Source: a virus
Lineage: Duplodnaviria > Caudoviricetes
Virus record (IMG/VR): IMGVR_UViG_3300020122_000144
Location: 1-54,876 of that record
Strand: one strand, 5' to 3'
Length of the DNA stretch: 54,876 nucleotides
Shown piece after piece: positions 19,268 through 28,412 of the stretch (position 1 is its first letter; each line of letters begins with the position of its first letter). A model generated the notes under the pieces. It worked only from the letters and a program-made list of their open reading frames with translations. It was not told the origin of the DNA and did no database searches. The position numbers were made by a program, and so were the translations under genes.

Positions 19268-19551
19268 TTCGAGCCGTCCCTTCCCGCGTCGTTGTCGTTC
19301 GCAAAGTTGAGCGTGCGCCCGGCCTCGGGCACTCCCGCATCGACCGTCCAGGCGGCCTTCACGCGGTCGCGGCACTTGTCGATGCTCGCGCGGTCGGTGT
19401 ACTGGTCGACGCACGCGGATTGCTGGGCCTTGTAGCTGAGATTGGCGGCCTCCTGCGGGCTGACGGCGTCGACGAGCGCGCACCCGTGGATTGCGCCGAT
19501 GACGAACAGGGCCGCGAACAGGGCGAGGCCGTAGGCGATGAGCTTGCGCAT
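19264..19551 (-). CDS. Lipoprotein, spanin candidate
   Basis: MRK + hydrophobic stretch + IHGC lipobox-like site; two further Cys. Confidence 0.6.
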   Translation of the reverse strand: MRKLIAYGLALFAALFVIGAIHGCALVDAVSPQEAANLSYKAQQSACVDQYTDRASIDKCRDRVKAAWTVDAGVPEAGRTLNFANDNDAGRDGSK

Positions 19552-19757
19552 CACCAGTGCCTCCATGCGTGCGGGGCGCCACCGACCCAGCCGACCTCTG
19601 CCAGGAACCCGAAGAGCAGCAGCAGGCAGAGCAGCGCGTACGCCACGTTAGCCCACGGCTGCGCGACGCCGAACGCCGCGAGCAGCGCGCGCGCAACCAT
19701 GCAAACGACGCCAGCGATGACGCAGAAGATGATGAGGGCGATGAGGACTGAAATCAT
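19551..19757 (-). CDS. Holin candidate (2 TM helices)
   Basis: 68 aa, two hydrophobic segments, near the endolysin. Confidence 0.65.
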   Translation of the reverse strand: MISVLIALIIFCVIAGVVCMVARALLAAFGVAQPWANVAYALLCLLLLFGFLAEVGWVGGAPHAWRHW

Positions 19758-20377
19758 TTGGTCACCGTGATCGAGGTGGAGGTGGGCGCCGGCGGTTGCG
19801 CGGCGCGAGTCGTGACGTAGTTGGTCGCCGCGGTGATGAGGACGAGGGCCAGTGCCGCAAGCGCCATGAGGAGCCCGCGGACCGTGGGGCTCTTCTCTGC
19901 GAGCTTCTGCAGACCCTTGACGCCTTCGACGATGGCGCTCACCTGAGCCTTATTCGCGGTCTCGACGAGTTCCTTGACCTCCGCCTTCGTCGCGGTGCCG
20001 GCAGAGAGCGCCGCTACGTCGTCTTTGGTGGCGGCCTTCGATGCGAGGTCGTGGGTCTCGGCGATCTTGCGGTCGCGCTCAGCGTCCTTGATGATTTGCT
20101 CGGCCTGCCTAGCCTGAATCTCCAGGTTCAACTGCGACGGGTGCTCGTCGATGAGCGCATGCACGCGGTCCGTTGTGAGTGGCGCGGGCGGCGGATTCGT
20201 CGGCGACTCGAGACGCGCAAGCCGGCCCTCGATGCCTGCGACGCGAAGGTTCATACCCTTCCCGTCCTCAACGAGCGTGCTCACGCTGGTCGCCATCCCG
20301 TTGACAACCTTGGACAGTTCAACCGCCCACAGCGGGACGGCCGGAATCTCCACGGTCGGCTTCTCGTCGGTGCTCAT
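19754..20377 (-). CDS. Coiled-coil protein with C-terminal TM helix (lysis-associated?)
   Basis: LLMALAALALVLITAA near the C-terminus. Confidence 0.7.
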   Translation of the reverse strand: MSTDEKPTVEIPAVPLWAVELSKVVNGMATSVSTLVEDGKGMNLRVAGIEGRLARLESPTNPPPAPLTTDRVHALIDEHPSQLNLEIQARQAEQIIKDAERDRKIAETHDLASKAATKDDVAALSAGTATKAEVKELVETANKAQVSAIVEGVKGLQKLAEKSPTVRGLLMALAALALVLITAATNYVTTRAAQPPAPTSTSITVTK

Positions 20378-20613
20378 GTCGCCGCCGTGTTGGCGAGTTG
20401 CGCGCGCGCTGCGGTCAAGTCGGTGAGCACCTTGGCGTCGACGGCTCCCTGCGCGATGGCGAGGATCGCAGCGGACTGAGGCGCCGTCAGCGTTACCGAA
20501 ATGATGCCCCCGAGCTTCGTTGGTACGCCGTTGAGATCGAGCACGTCGTAGGCCACGTCGGCCTTGCTCGAACCGTTGTTGTAGAACGTGACCGTCTGGA
20601 TCTTGTTTGCCAT
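20374..20613 (-). CDS. Small protein downstream of the tail fibre
   Basis: MANKIQTV...; GAGGA SD. Confidence 0.65.
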   Translation of the reverse strand: MANKIQTVTFYNNGSSKADVAYDVLDLNGVPTKLGGIISVTLTAPQSAAILAIAQGAVDAKVLTDLTAARAQLANTAAT

Positions 20614-20621
20614 TGATGTCC

Positions 20622-22952
20622 TCAGGCCACGGTGAACGCGGCGGTAAGCTGTTTGACTGCGGACGTGGCGAACTGGAACACCGCGCCGGTGCCCGCGGCG
20701 AGTGTTGCTGCTGCGGCCACTGCGTTGACGTCCTGTACGGCGAGCGTCCCGCTGCCGGCGTTCCATATGTACTTCGTGTACCCGGTCGCGTCCGTGGCAG
20801 CGGGCAGCTTGATGATGTTCGATCCGGTGCCGGTCACCTTGATCGTGTAGTTCTTGTATTCTGCATTCGATAGCGTATCGGTCGCTCCTGCGCCGCTCTG
20901 CGCGTGCACCGTCATGCCGTGGGCGCCATACACACTGGCGGTCGCGAAGCCGGACCCGCCGGTGATGGGATACGTCGACTCCGTGAAGCCGGTTGCGCCA
21001 CGGACGGCGAACTTTGCCGCGCCAGCGTTGCCGAGCGCTACATCGTGCGATGTTGCGACGTAGCAAAAGATATGGTTGACGGGCTGTAGTCCGGAGCTGT
21101 TGAGGCCAAACCATAGGTTGTCAGAGGCGTCCGTCTCGGCGAGGCACAGCGGCGCCGTGCCGCCAGCGTTCTCCATCTTGATGCTGCCAACGGACGGCAG
21201 GCGGAGGTGGCCCGTCGTTGCAGGTGTGGCGCCGATACTGAGGAACGACGCTCCCGCGAGAACGTTGCTCGCCTGTTGCAGCGCCGTGCCGCTCGACGTG
21301 ACAACGCCGTTCGCGGTCGTGAGGCCGGTGCTGGCGTTGGTGCCGCCGTTCGCGAGAGGCAGCACGCCGGTGACGTCCGCCGTCGCGAGGTTGACGGCCG
21401 CCGCTGCCCCGTCTTCGACGCCTGCAGTGACATGCCGGAAGCCCGTCCCGGTCGGCACGCCGCCGCCGCTGCCTGCGCCCGTCGCTCTGACGAACGGCAC
21501 GCCAGCAAACGTCACGCCGGTAGCCGCAAACAGCAGGCGGCATGTGGTGCCCGTCAGCAGTACGGGGGCGCCGCCGACGCCGTTAGACACGGTCATCGAA
21601 TACGGAGTCGTGTTCTCGACGTACTTGTAATAGGCGCCGTTGGTTCCGGGCAGCGGGTACGTGACCGTATGGCCCGCCGTCCAGGCTCCCGTGGTAAAGG
21701 TGTTGAAGTCGAGCGCGTACTGGCCGACAGCCACCGTGTAGCTGGCGTCGGCTGCGAAGGTGAATCCCTGCTCGCCGTGAACGCTGTACGGGCTGGAGCT
21801 CGCCAGTTCACCAATGATCCGGCTGCCCACTTGCACCACGCCGCTAGCGCTGAGGGCTCCCGTCGTTGCAACCGCCTGCGCGCCGAAGTCTGGAGACACC
21901 TTCGTACCGGCGATGGCGGCTGCGGTGTTTACGTCGGCATTCACGAGCAGCGACGCGGCGGACACCCATGCGCCCGCGGAGACTTTCGCAAGCCCGGTGG
22001 ACGTGGGAGAGTTCATACTCGCGAGAGGCTGCGTCACCCATGCCGCGCCGTTCCACGAGACTGTCGCGCCAAGCGTCGTATCGAAATACGTCTCACCGAC
22101 GAAAGGCAGCGTGGGTCGCGCGGCCGTGATGCCGGAGCTCGGCAGTGACGCCCGCACGGGCTCCGTCCGCGTCTCTGCGAAGGTGCCGGTAAAGAGCGAC
22201 TGCGCGACGACGGCGATCGACCCGTCATGGATCACGGCGAGCACGGCGGACCCGGGACCACTCACCCACGTGCCGACCATCGGGTATCCGCCGTCGTGGG
22301 AGACGCGCTCGAAGAAGATCCTGCAGGTCTTGGCCGCAACAATTGTGATGACGGGAACGGTCGGGGCGAGAGTGTTGTCGAGCTCGCCATCGCTCTTGAT
22401 GAAGATGTCGGTGTCCACGACGACGTGAATCATCGCAACGACCGCGCCGGCCAAGGCGCCGACGCTTCCGAAGCCGGTAAGCAAGAACGGCGCACCGAGG
22501 TCGAAGACCAACGGAAACACCGCCGTGGGCGCTCCGACCACGTTCAGAATGCTGATCTGAGCGACGTTGCGGAGTCGGCCACCGTCTGCGATCGTCAGCG
22601 TGGCGCCGTAGACCGGATCGATCCCGAGGAAGTTCGTACGGCCAGAGCATTCGGTGTTCGCGGTACCCGGGACGATGCACGCAGCAATCGAGTCGTCGAC
22701 GTATACGGTGCACACGCCCGCAAGAGCCGTGATGAACGTCTCGACCTCGGGCCACGTGGCAACGGCGTTACCGGCCGACGCGACGCCGGGGCGGAAGATG
22801 ATGGTGGACACGGGCAGGATCGCCGCAGACAGTTGGGCCGCTGTGACCTTGCGAGAAATAGGAACGCCGCTCATGTCCACGGTCTCGAAGAGATCCGTGG
22901 AGTGCACGCCGGTTGTCGTCGCCGGCAGATCGGTAATGCGCTTGTCCGTCAT
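20622..22952 (-). CDS. Tail fibre / receptor-binding protein
   Basis: KRITDLP...KVT anchor-type N-terminus; G/A/T/V-rich mosaic modules. Confidence 0.8.
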   Translation of the reverse strand: MTDKRITDLPATTTGVHSTDLFETVDMSGVPISRKVTAAQLSAAILPVSTIIFRPGVASAGNAVATWPEVETFITALAGVCTVYVDDSIAACIVPGTANTECSGRTNFLGIDPVYGATLTIADGGRLRNVAQISILNVVGAPTAVFPLVFDLGAPFLLTGFGSVGALAGAVVAMIHVVVDTDIFIKSDGELDNTLAPTVPVITIVAAKTCRIFFERVSHDGGYPMVGTWVSGPGSAVLAVIHDGSIAVVAQSLFTGTFAETRTEPVRASLPSSGITAARPTLPFVGETYFDTTLGATVSWNGAAWVTQPLASMNSPTSTGLAKVSAGAWVSAASLLVNADVNTAAAIAGTKVSPDFGAQAVATTGALSASGVVQVGSRIIGELASSSPYSVHGEQGFTFAADASYTVAVGQYALDFNTFTTGAWTAGHTVTYPLPGTNGAYYKYVENTTPYSMTVSNGVGGAPVLLTGTTCRLLFAATGVTFAGVPFVRATGAGSGGGVPTGTGFRHVTAGVEDGAAAAVNLATADVTGVLPLANGGTNASTGLTTANGVVTSSGTALQQASNVLAGASFLSIGATPATTGHLRLPSVGSIKMENAGGTAPLCLAETDASDNLWFGLNSSGLQPVNHIFCYVATSHDVALGNAGAAKFAVRGATGFTESTYPITGGSGFATASVYGAHGMTVHAQSGAGATDTLSNAEYKNYTIKVTGTGSNIIKLPAATDATGYTKYIWNAGSGTLAVQDVNAVAAAATLAAGTGAVFQFATSAVKQLTAAFTVA

Positions 22953-23137
22953 TGGCTAACGAGTCTCCGTTCGCCGGCCTCGGTAATGCGGACCTCGAAC
23001 AGCTCCGTAATTCGGTAAGAGCCGGTGTTCCCGAATGGCGGCTCGAAGTCGCCAGCCACGACGAAACTGCGCGCAAGCTTCGTGGGGATGACCATCGCGC
23101 GCGGCGCGTGGAGCGGAACGATAATCGTGCGGCTCAT
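22949..23137 (-). CDS. Small fibre-associated virion protein
   Basis: C-terminal RITE...RITEAGE repeat, directly upstream of the fibre. Confidence 0.6.
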   Translation of the reverse strand: MSRTIIVPLHAPRAMVIPTKLARSFVVAGDFEPPFGNTGSYRITELFEVRITEAGERRLVSQ

Positions 23138-23559
23138 CGGGTGGCCGTCGCGGCGATGTTGAAGGTTCCTCGAGCGAGGATCGACGTCTCGCCGCTGGCC
23201 CAGTCGACGAGCAGATCGTAATAGGCCGTGATGGCAACACCCGCGTTGACCGCGAGTAGCTGTGCACGGGTAATCGTGATCGTGACGCCGTTGTTGTAGG
23301 CAGGCGCCGCCGGTCCTGGAGTGGTGGTGCCCGCGACCCACGCGAGACCTGCGCCGATGGTGAGCGACAGGAGTTGCGTCGTCGTGGCGTCCGACGTGGG
23401 CCGCACCATCATGCGCGCGGTGGCGTTGGTGAAGTCGACAGGAACGAGATCGTTCACGTCCTTCGACCCGCTTGCCGGCGGGCTGAAGTAGAGAAACGTC
23501 TCGCTAAAGTCGACACCTTGCAGCGCCTCCAGTCGCGTATTTGAGGCCGGTCCCGACAT
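23134..23559 (-). CDS. Beta-sandwich fibre adaptor-like protein
   Basis: QG.DF...VDFT..TARM.VR...YYDL...G.F pattern. Confidence 0.65.
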   Translation of the reverse strand: MSGPASNTRLEALQGVDFSETFLYFSPPASGSKDVNDLVPVDFTNATARMMVRPTSDATTTQLLSLTIGAGLAWVAGTTTPGPAAPAYNNGVTITITRAQLLAVNAGVAITAYYDLLVDWASGETSILARGTFNIAATATR

Positions 23560-24020
23560 CAGGCGTCGTCGTTCGAGGACTGGTAGAGACGCATGGTGCC
23601 GTTGCTGGCGCCGACGAAGCCGAGGAAGAGATCCGCGCCCTCCTGCAGCAAGAAGCGCTGCGGGGTCTTCGCGTAGATGACCCACGCGGTCATCGGCGCC
23701 GGCGTGTATACGCCGTTGAGGAGGGTTCCGACCGTCGCTATGTACGGGACGTTGCCGCCCGTCACGAGCGCAGCAGTGCTGCCGAAGATCACCCCAAGGT
23801 CGACGTCACTCTCGATGGTGACGAAGTTCTTGGTCAGGCTCTTCGGGTTGTCGTGCGTCGTGTAGTTGAACACCGCCTGCGAGACGCCCGTCGCGAGGGA
23901 GAAGTAACTGGCGGTGGCGGAGACGGAGACGGCGAGGACTTGGCCTTGCGGTCCCGATGCGGATGACGCGCGAGGGGCGGAGAGAAATGCCGACTTGCGA
24001 TTTGCGACAGGGAATGCCAT
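23559..24020 (-). CDS. Putative virion structural protein
   Basis: Beta-rich 153-aa ORF in the tail region. Confidence 0.7.
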   Translation of the reverse strand: MAFPVANRKSAFLSAPRASSASGPQGQVLAVSVSATASYFSLATGVSQAVFNYTTHDNPKSLTKNFVTIESDVDLGVIFGSTAALVTGGNVPYIATVGTLLNGVYTPAPMTAWVIYAKTPQRFLLQEGADLFLGFVGASNGTMRLYQSSNDDA

Positions 24021-24092
24021 TGAAACCGTGACCCCTTGTTTCCAGCCAGGCGTTACCTGGCATTTGAGGGGGCCCCGGTTTCAGTGGGGGCC
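24021..24092 (-). promoter_or_regulatory. SD-sequestering leader with a competing hairpin
   Basis: TGAAACCG/CGGTTTCA stem ending at the ATG; alternative GGCCCC/GGGGCC pairing. Confidence 0.55.
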
Positions 24093-24115
24093 GTAATTGC
24101 GAGCGTAGAGATTGA

Positions 24116-24799
24116 CTATGCGGCCAGCCTGAACGTGGGACAGATGAGGCCTAGGACACCCCACTCGCGCTTGCTGCAGTTGCACGACTTGCAGAGCGGA
24201 ACGATGTTGTCAGCTTCGTGGCGACCGCCACGCGAGAGCGCGATGACGTGGTCCATGGTGAGCGTCTCGTCAGAGCGTAGGCAGTGCCCGCATGCGTGAT
24301 TGAACCGGTCAAGGATCGCGAGCCACTCCGCGGCCGTCACGCGACCCGTCGTGATCTTCTGGACGCGACGATTTTCCGAGACGACGCGCTTGCGTTCCGG
24401 ATGCGCCCGGTTCCAGGCGAGCGACTTGGCCATGTTCGCTGCGGGATCAGCGTCGTATTTACGTTTCTTGGCTGCCGCAACTGCCGCCCTGTTGGCGAGC
24501 TGCCAAGCGCGCAGGTAGTCTCGCCGCTGGTCACGATTGGCCGACTGCCACGTTCGCATGTACTCGTCGCGACGGCCTTTGTTCTCGACCTGCCAGGCGC
24601 GCGCCCTCCCCTTGCTGTATTCGCGATTGGCGCGGTACCAATCGCGGCTGATGGCGTTGAGCTGGGCGCGGCTCTCCGGTGCGAGAAGAGCCCTTTTCGC
24701 GTTGACCCTATGCGACTTGCATGACCCGCAAAGAAGCCCGTACGAACGACACGAATTGTCGTTGGTCAGTTCGACCGAGCAGTCTTTGCAGGTGCGCAT
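24116..24799 (-). CDS. HNH endonuclease
   Basis: CGHC...TMDHVIALSRGGRHEADNIVPLCKSCN; N-terminal CxxC motifs. Confidence 0.9.
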   Translation of the reverse strand: MRTCKDCSVELTNDNSCRSYGLLCGSCKSHRVNAKRALLAPESRAQLNAISRDWYRANREYSKGRARAWQVENKGRRDEYMRTWQSANRDQRRDYLRAWQLANRAAVAAAKKRKYDADPAANMAKSLAWNRAHPERKRVVSENRRVQKITTGRVTAAEWLAILDRFNHACGHCLRSDETLTMDHVIALSRGGRHEADNIVPLCKSCNCSKREWGVLGLICPTFRLAA

Positions 24800-24812
24800 T
24801 TTGATTACCAGT

Positions 24813-25544
24813 TTACCAGTTGGTAACCAGGACATCAACCGTACTTGAATTCGCCGTATCGATCGTTCCCGCCGCGACGCGCGCGATGACGATGAGCGCC
24901 GCTGCGCCGGACTTGCCGATGGTGCGGCCCGCCGAGTTGGAGCCATAGGCGAGCGTCGACGTCAGCGTGCCGCCGGGCGTGTTCATCATGCACTGGACGC
25001 CGCTTCGGGTCGCTGACCACAGGAACAGGCCCTCCGTCGAGCCGAGCGTGTACGTGCCCGACGCGAGGGTGATGATGTTCTTGCAGACGCGAGGATAAAA
25101 CACCGGATCGTTGGTGCCGACAACGAAGCCGCCGGTGGTGGTCGCCATCGCCTTCCACGTCGAGCCAGCCCACAGTGTGCCCTCGGAAACCTCGACGGTG
25201 CAGCCGTTCTGCCCGGTCGTGCCGAAGGCCATCGAGGACAGGCGCGTGAGCGGCGCAACGCCGACCGCGACCGTGCCGACGACGTAGAGCCCGCAGTCGG
25301 CCGCGGTCGTCTGCGCCGCGAGGAGCACGATGTCACCGGCGATGTACGTGACGCCGTCCTGCGCGGTGCCGCCGGTCACGCCGACGAACGCGGTCAGAGA
25401 CTGGGTCGCGTAGCAGGCGCCGCGCGCCTTGAAAGCGGTCTGCCCGGGGGCCTGCCAAGCGGGGTAGCCGTCCGCGGCCGTGCGGAGGACGTCGCCAACG
25501 TTACCCGAGTTGATGGATCGCTCCGGCTGATTACCATTCGGCAT
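24813..25544 (-). CDS. Virion fibre/decoration-like protein
   Basis: DGV...GD.VLL..Q.....G.Y.V module typical of phage fibre proteins. Confidence 0.7.
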   Translation of the reverse strand: MPNGNQPERSINSGNVGDVLRTAADGYPAWQAPGQTAFKARGACYATQSLTAFVGVTGGTAQDGVTYIAGDIVLLAAQTTAADCGLYVVGTVAVGVAPLTRLSSMAFGTTGQNGCTVEVSEGTLWAGSTWKAMATTTGGFVVGTNDPVFYPRVCKNIITLASGTYTLGSTEGLFLWSATRSGVQCMMNTPGGTLTSTLAYGSNSAGRTIGKSGAAALIVIARVAAGTIDTANSSTVDVLVTNW

Positions 25545-25547
25545 GTG

Positions 25548-25644
25548 AGACTCCTGAAGCCGCGGTGAGCGGCGGAATAAATCGTTCGGACTCGCCGGCC
25601 TGGTTTCAGGAGCCGGAATCTCGAAGGCGATTTTTCAGGGGCCT
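25548..25644 (-). ncRNA. Structured cis-regulatory leader, copy A
   Basis: Homologous to 38479-38584; closing stem covers AGGAG. Confidence 0.75.
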
Positions 25645-25661
25645 ACGATCAGCAGACGTAA

Positions 25662-28412
25662 CTAGCGTGGATACTTCATAGCATTGAGAGAGGTCGTGTC
25701 AGCCATCTTGAGTGGCTTGTGCGGCGCTTTTCCGTGGGGCTCAGGAGACAGGAAAGAAGCCTGCATCAACTTCTGAGTCCCGGGGTCCATCTGTGGAATC
25801 CCAAGGAAGGTTTTGAGCGGCGCCTGCATGTGAGTCGGTACGGGCTTGGTGCGTGCGTCGAGCTCGGCGCGGAGTGCCTTGGACTGCTTGGCGTAGATCG
25901 CCGGATTCGCAGCCTGCAACGTCTCGACGTGCTGCGGGGTGATCGTCCCGTCCGCGACGAGCTGCAGCGCATGCTCGGGATGCGTCGCGATGTCGAACTT
26001 GCGATTGAACTGTGATTTCTGCTGGTCGTTCGGCTGCCATGCGTCCATGTCGACCCGCGGCGTCAGGCTGTCCGACCTCGGCGCCGGTGGCTGCGGGACC
26101 GCCTGCATCAGGTGTTGAATCGTGCGCATCGCGGCCGTCTGGAACGACTGCGCGGTGGCGGGCGCGTGGGGAGAGATGGGCGTAGCGGTGCCGGTGACGT
26201 GGGCCTGGAACGCGTCGGGGCTGCCGGCGGCATGGAGCACGGCTGCGCGACGCTTCTCGTAGGTGTCGTGATCGTGCGGCGGGAGGCCTGGCTTCTTGCG
26301 CTCGCCGGTGCCGCCGAGGGCGCGCTTGACGGCTTGTAGGCCATCGTCCATTTTCCCGAGGACGCGATTCTTCATCGCCTCGAGCTCGGCGAGGCGGGCG
26401 AGGGAGAGGCCTGGCTTGGTGACGGAGTCGAGCGCGAGGCCGATGATGCCGCCGACGCCGTGGCCTTTCTCGTCGGCGAGGAGGGCCTTGAGCTGGTTGA
26501 CGTGAGCCACTTCGGTGGACGTCTTGGCGATGGTCGTCGCCATCGAGGCAAGCGCCTTGCGCTCCGTCTTGATCGCAGCCTTGCCGGCGGCATCGAACGT
26601 GTAGTTTTTCTCGACCGCATCGAGGAAGGCTGAGCGACGGGCGATCTTGTCGCCGAACGCTTCGGTGTTGAGATCGCCGGACGGCTTGGTAAGGCCCTTC
26701 ATGAACCCGTCGATCGATGCGTCGTTGGCGCGGTAGATCGGCACGCCCGCTTTGGAGTCGTACGAGACGGTGTATTTGCCGTTGAAGTACTTCGACGTGC
26801 CGAGCATGTCGGTCGTGGCCTGATTCACTTCCTTCTGCGCGACAGCGCCGGCCCCGAAAACGCTCTCGTCTTCGAGAACGAGTCGAATCTTGTCGTAGAG
26901 GGCGTCGAACGCGTGCGCGGCGTCGGTGCGACCGAGCGGGTTCGTTCCGTACGCGGTCTCTTTGCCTACCGACCGCTTGAAGCTGTCGATCGCCATCATC
27001 ACCGACGCCGGCTCGTCCGCGCGCTCGGTCTTGGTAATGAGGTCTTTGACCTGCTTGCGGAGCCTCTTGATGCTCGGCTCGCCTCCACCCTTCGTTGCGT
27101 ACGAGTCGAGTTCGTCGATCGTCTTCGTCGCATCGTCCCAAACACCCGTCGCGGCCTTCTTCACCGGGGCGAGGTTCTCCGCGGGGACGAGCTTCGACAT
27201 CTGTTCGGCCTTGGCCTCGCCAAAGCTGGCATCGTCAACGATACGACTCGCCGCCAAAGACTCATCGAGGCTCTTGACGACCGATCGGGTCGCCTCGCCC
27301 ACCAGTTCATCGTGCTTCGCGAAGCCGTGCGGCCCGCGTTCGGCCCACGCCTTCTCGAGCGTCGCGCGGTGCGCCGGATCGTCGACCTGGCTGATGATGG
27401 TCTTCGCGGCCTGGTCGGTGATGGCGGATTCGCGAGGAAGCTTCGCCGCCCCCTCATCCGCCCCGATCTCCGAGGCCTCGATGAGCCCCTTCGGCGCCTT
27501 CTTCGTCAGCATTCCGCCGACGCCGTGAAGCGCGCCGCCGAGCACGCCGCCGATGAGCGCCCCGTGCATGAACGCGGAGCCCAGCGCCTCGCCAGTGAGA
27601 TCCGGATCGTCTTGGAGGTACTGCTTGCTGGCTTCCTGAGCGACGCCGACCACGCCGCCTTCAACCGCGCCGCGCGCGCCCCCGGCGATAATGCCCTGAG
27701 CGACGCGCCCCGCCGCGGTCTCGGCCTCGTGCCCGACGATGCCCTTGGCGATGCCGCCCGCGAGGTCGCCGACCTTGGCCAGCGCGCGCGTGGGCCCAAG
27801 GATGGCGGTCTCAGCGGCGCCGCGAAGGAGGCCCTTCTCGGCCGCGCGCACGCCGACGCGACCGGCTTCCGCCGCAGCGAGAGCGGGCGTCAGCGTGCCG
27901 GCGGAGAGGACATCAGCGGCGACAGGAGCGATGAAGCCTGCGACGTCGCCAGCCGTCGTGGCGGCGGGGTTGGCCTCGGCGCGGCCGCGGATGCCCTCAC
28001 GGACAGTGGGGCCGCCGATGCCTCCAATGACAGCGTTGGAAGCGCCGAGGGTCGCGGAGTCGAGCGCCGCGGTTCCGAACGCGAGCGCGGCTTGCGGCGT
28101 CGAGCCGTACTTCTGCTGCTGCTCGTGCTCGTGCCACTGCGCGCCGGTGACGGGCTTCGCGCCGTAGTTGGCGATCGCGTCGGGCAGTTCCTCGATGTCG
28201 ACGGTGCCGATCTTGCCGCCCGCCTCGATGGGGACGCGCGTGCCCTTGGCGTACTTGTATTTGCCGGAGAGGATCTGCGCGTGCGAGTCCGCCGCGTCGA
28301 CGACGACAGGCGCGTTGGTCTCCTTGTCGTAGAGCGTGACGCTGCCGGCCGGCACCGCGGAGGGTGTCGGAGCGGGTGCAGGAGCCGGGGGGCCGATGAC
28401 GGGGTCGGCCAC
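25662..28412 (-). CDS. Internal virion (DNA ejection) protein
   Basis: 916 aa, Ala/Gly-rich helical; third large gene after the nozzle. Confidence 0.7.
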   Translation of the reverse strand: MADPVIGPPAPAPAPTPSAVPAGSVTLYDKETNAPVVVDAADSHAQILSGKYKYAKGTRVPIEAGGKIGTVDIEELPDAIANYGAKPVTGAQWHEHEQQQKYGSTPQAALAFGTAALDSATLGASNAVIGGIGGPTVREGIRGRAEANPAATTAGDVAGFIAPVAADVLSAGTLTPALAAAEAGRVGVRAAEKGLLRGAAETAILGPTRALAKVGDLAGGIAKGIVGHEAETAAGRVAQGIIAGGARGAVEGGVVGVAQEASKQYLQDDPDLTGEALGSAFMHGALIGGVLGGALHGVGGMLTKKAPKGLIEASEIGADEGAAKLPRESAITDQAAKTIISQVDDPAHRATLEKAWAERGPHGFAKHDELVGEATRSVVKSLDESLAASRIVDDASFGEAKAEQMSKLVPAENLAPVKKAATGVWDDATKTIDELDSYATKGGGEPSIKRLRKQVKDLITKTERADEPASVMMAIDSFKRSVGKETAYGTNPLGRTDAAHAFDALYDKIRLVLEDESVFGAGAVAQKEVNQATTDMLGTSKYFNGKYTVSYDSKAGVPIYRANDASIDGFMKGLTKPSGDLNTEAFGDKIARRSAFLDAVEKNYTFDAAGKAAIKTERKALASMATTIAKTSTEVAHVNQLKALLADEKGHGVGGIIGLALDSVTKPGLSLARLAELEAMKNRVLGKMDDGLQAVKRALGGTGERKKPGLPPHDHDTYEKRRAAVLHAAGSPDAFQAHVTGTATPISPHAPATAQSFQTAAMRTIQHLMQAVPQPPAPRSDSLTPRVDMDAWQPNDQQKSQFNRKFDIATHPEHALQLVADGTITPQHVETLQAANPAIYAKQSKALRAELDARTKPVPTHMQAPLKTFLGIPQMDPGTQKLMQASFLSPEPHGKAPHKPLKMADTTSLNAMKYPR

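Noticed and set aside
20622-22952. Diversity-generating retroelement or invertible fibre cassette
   Set aside because: No reverse transcriptase, template/variable repeat pair or invertase was seen.
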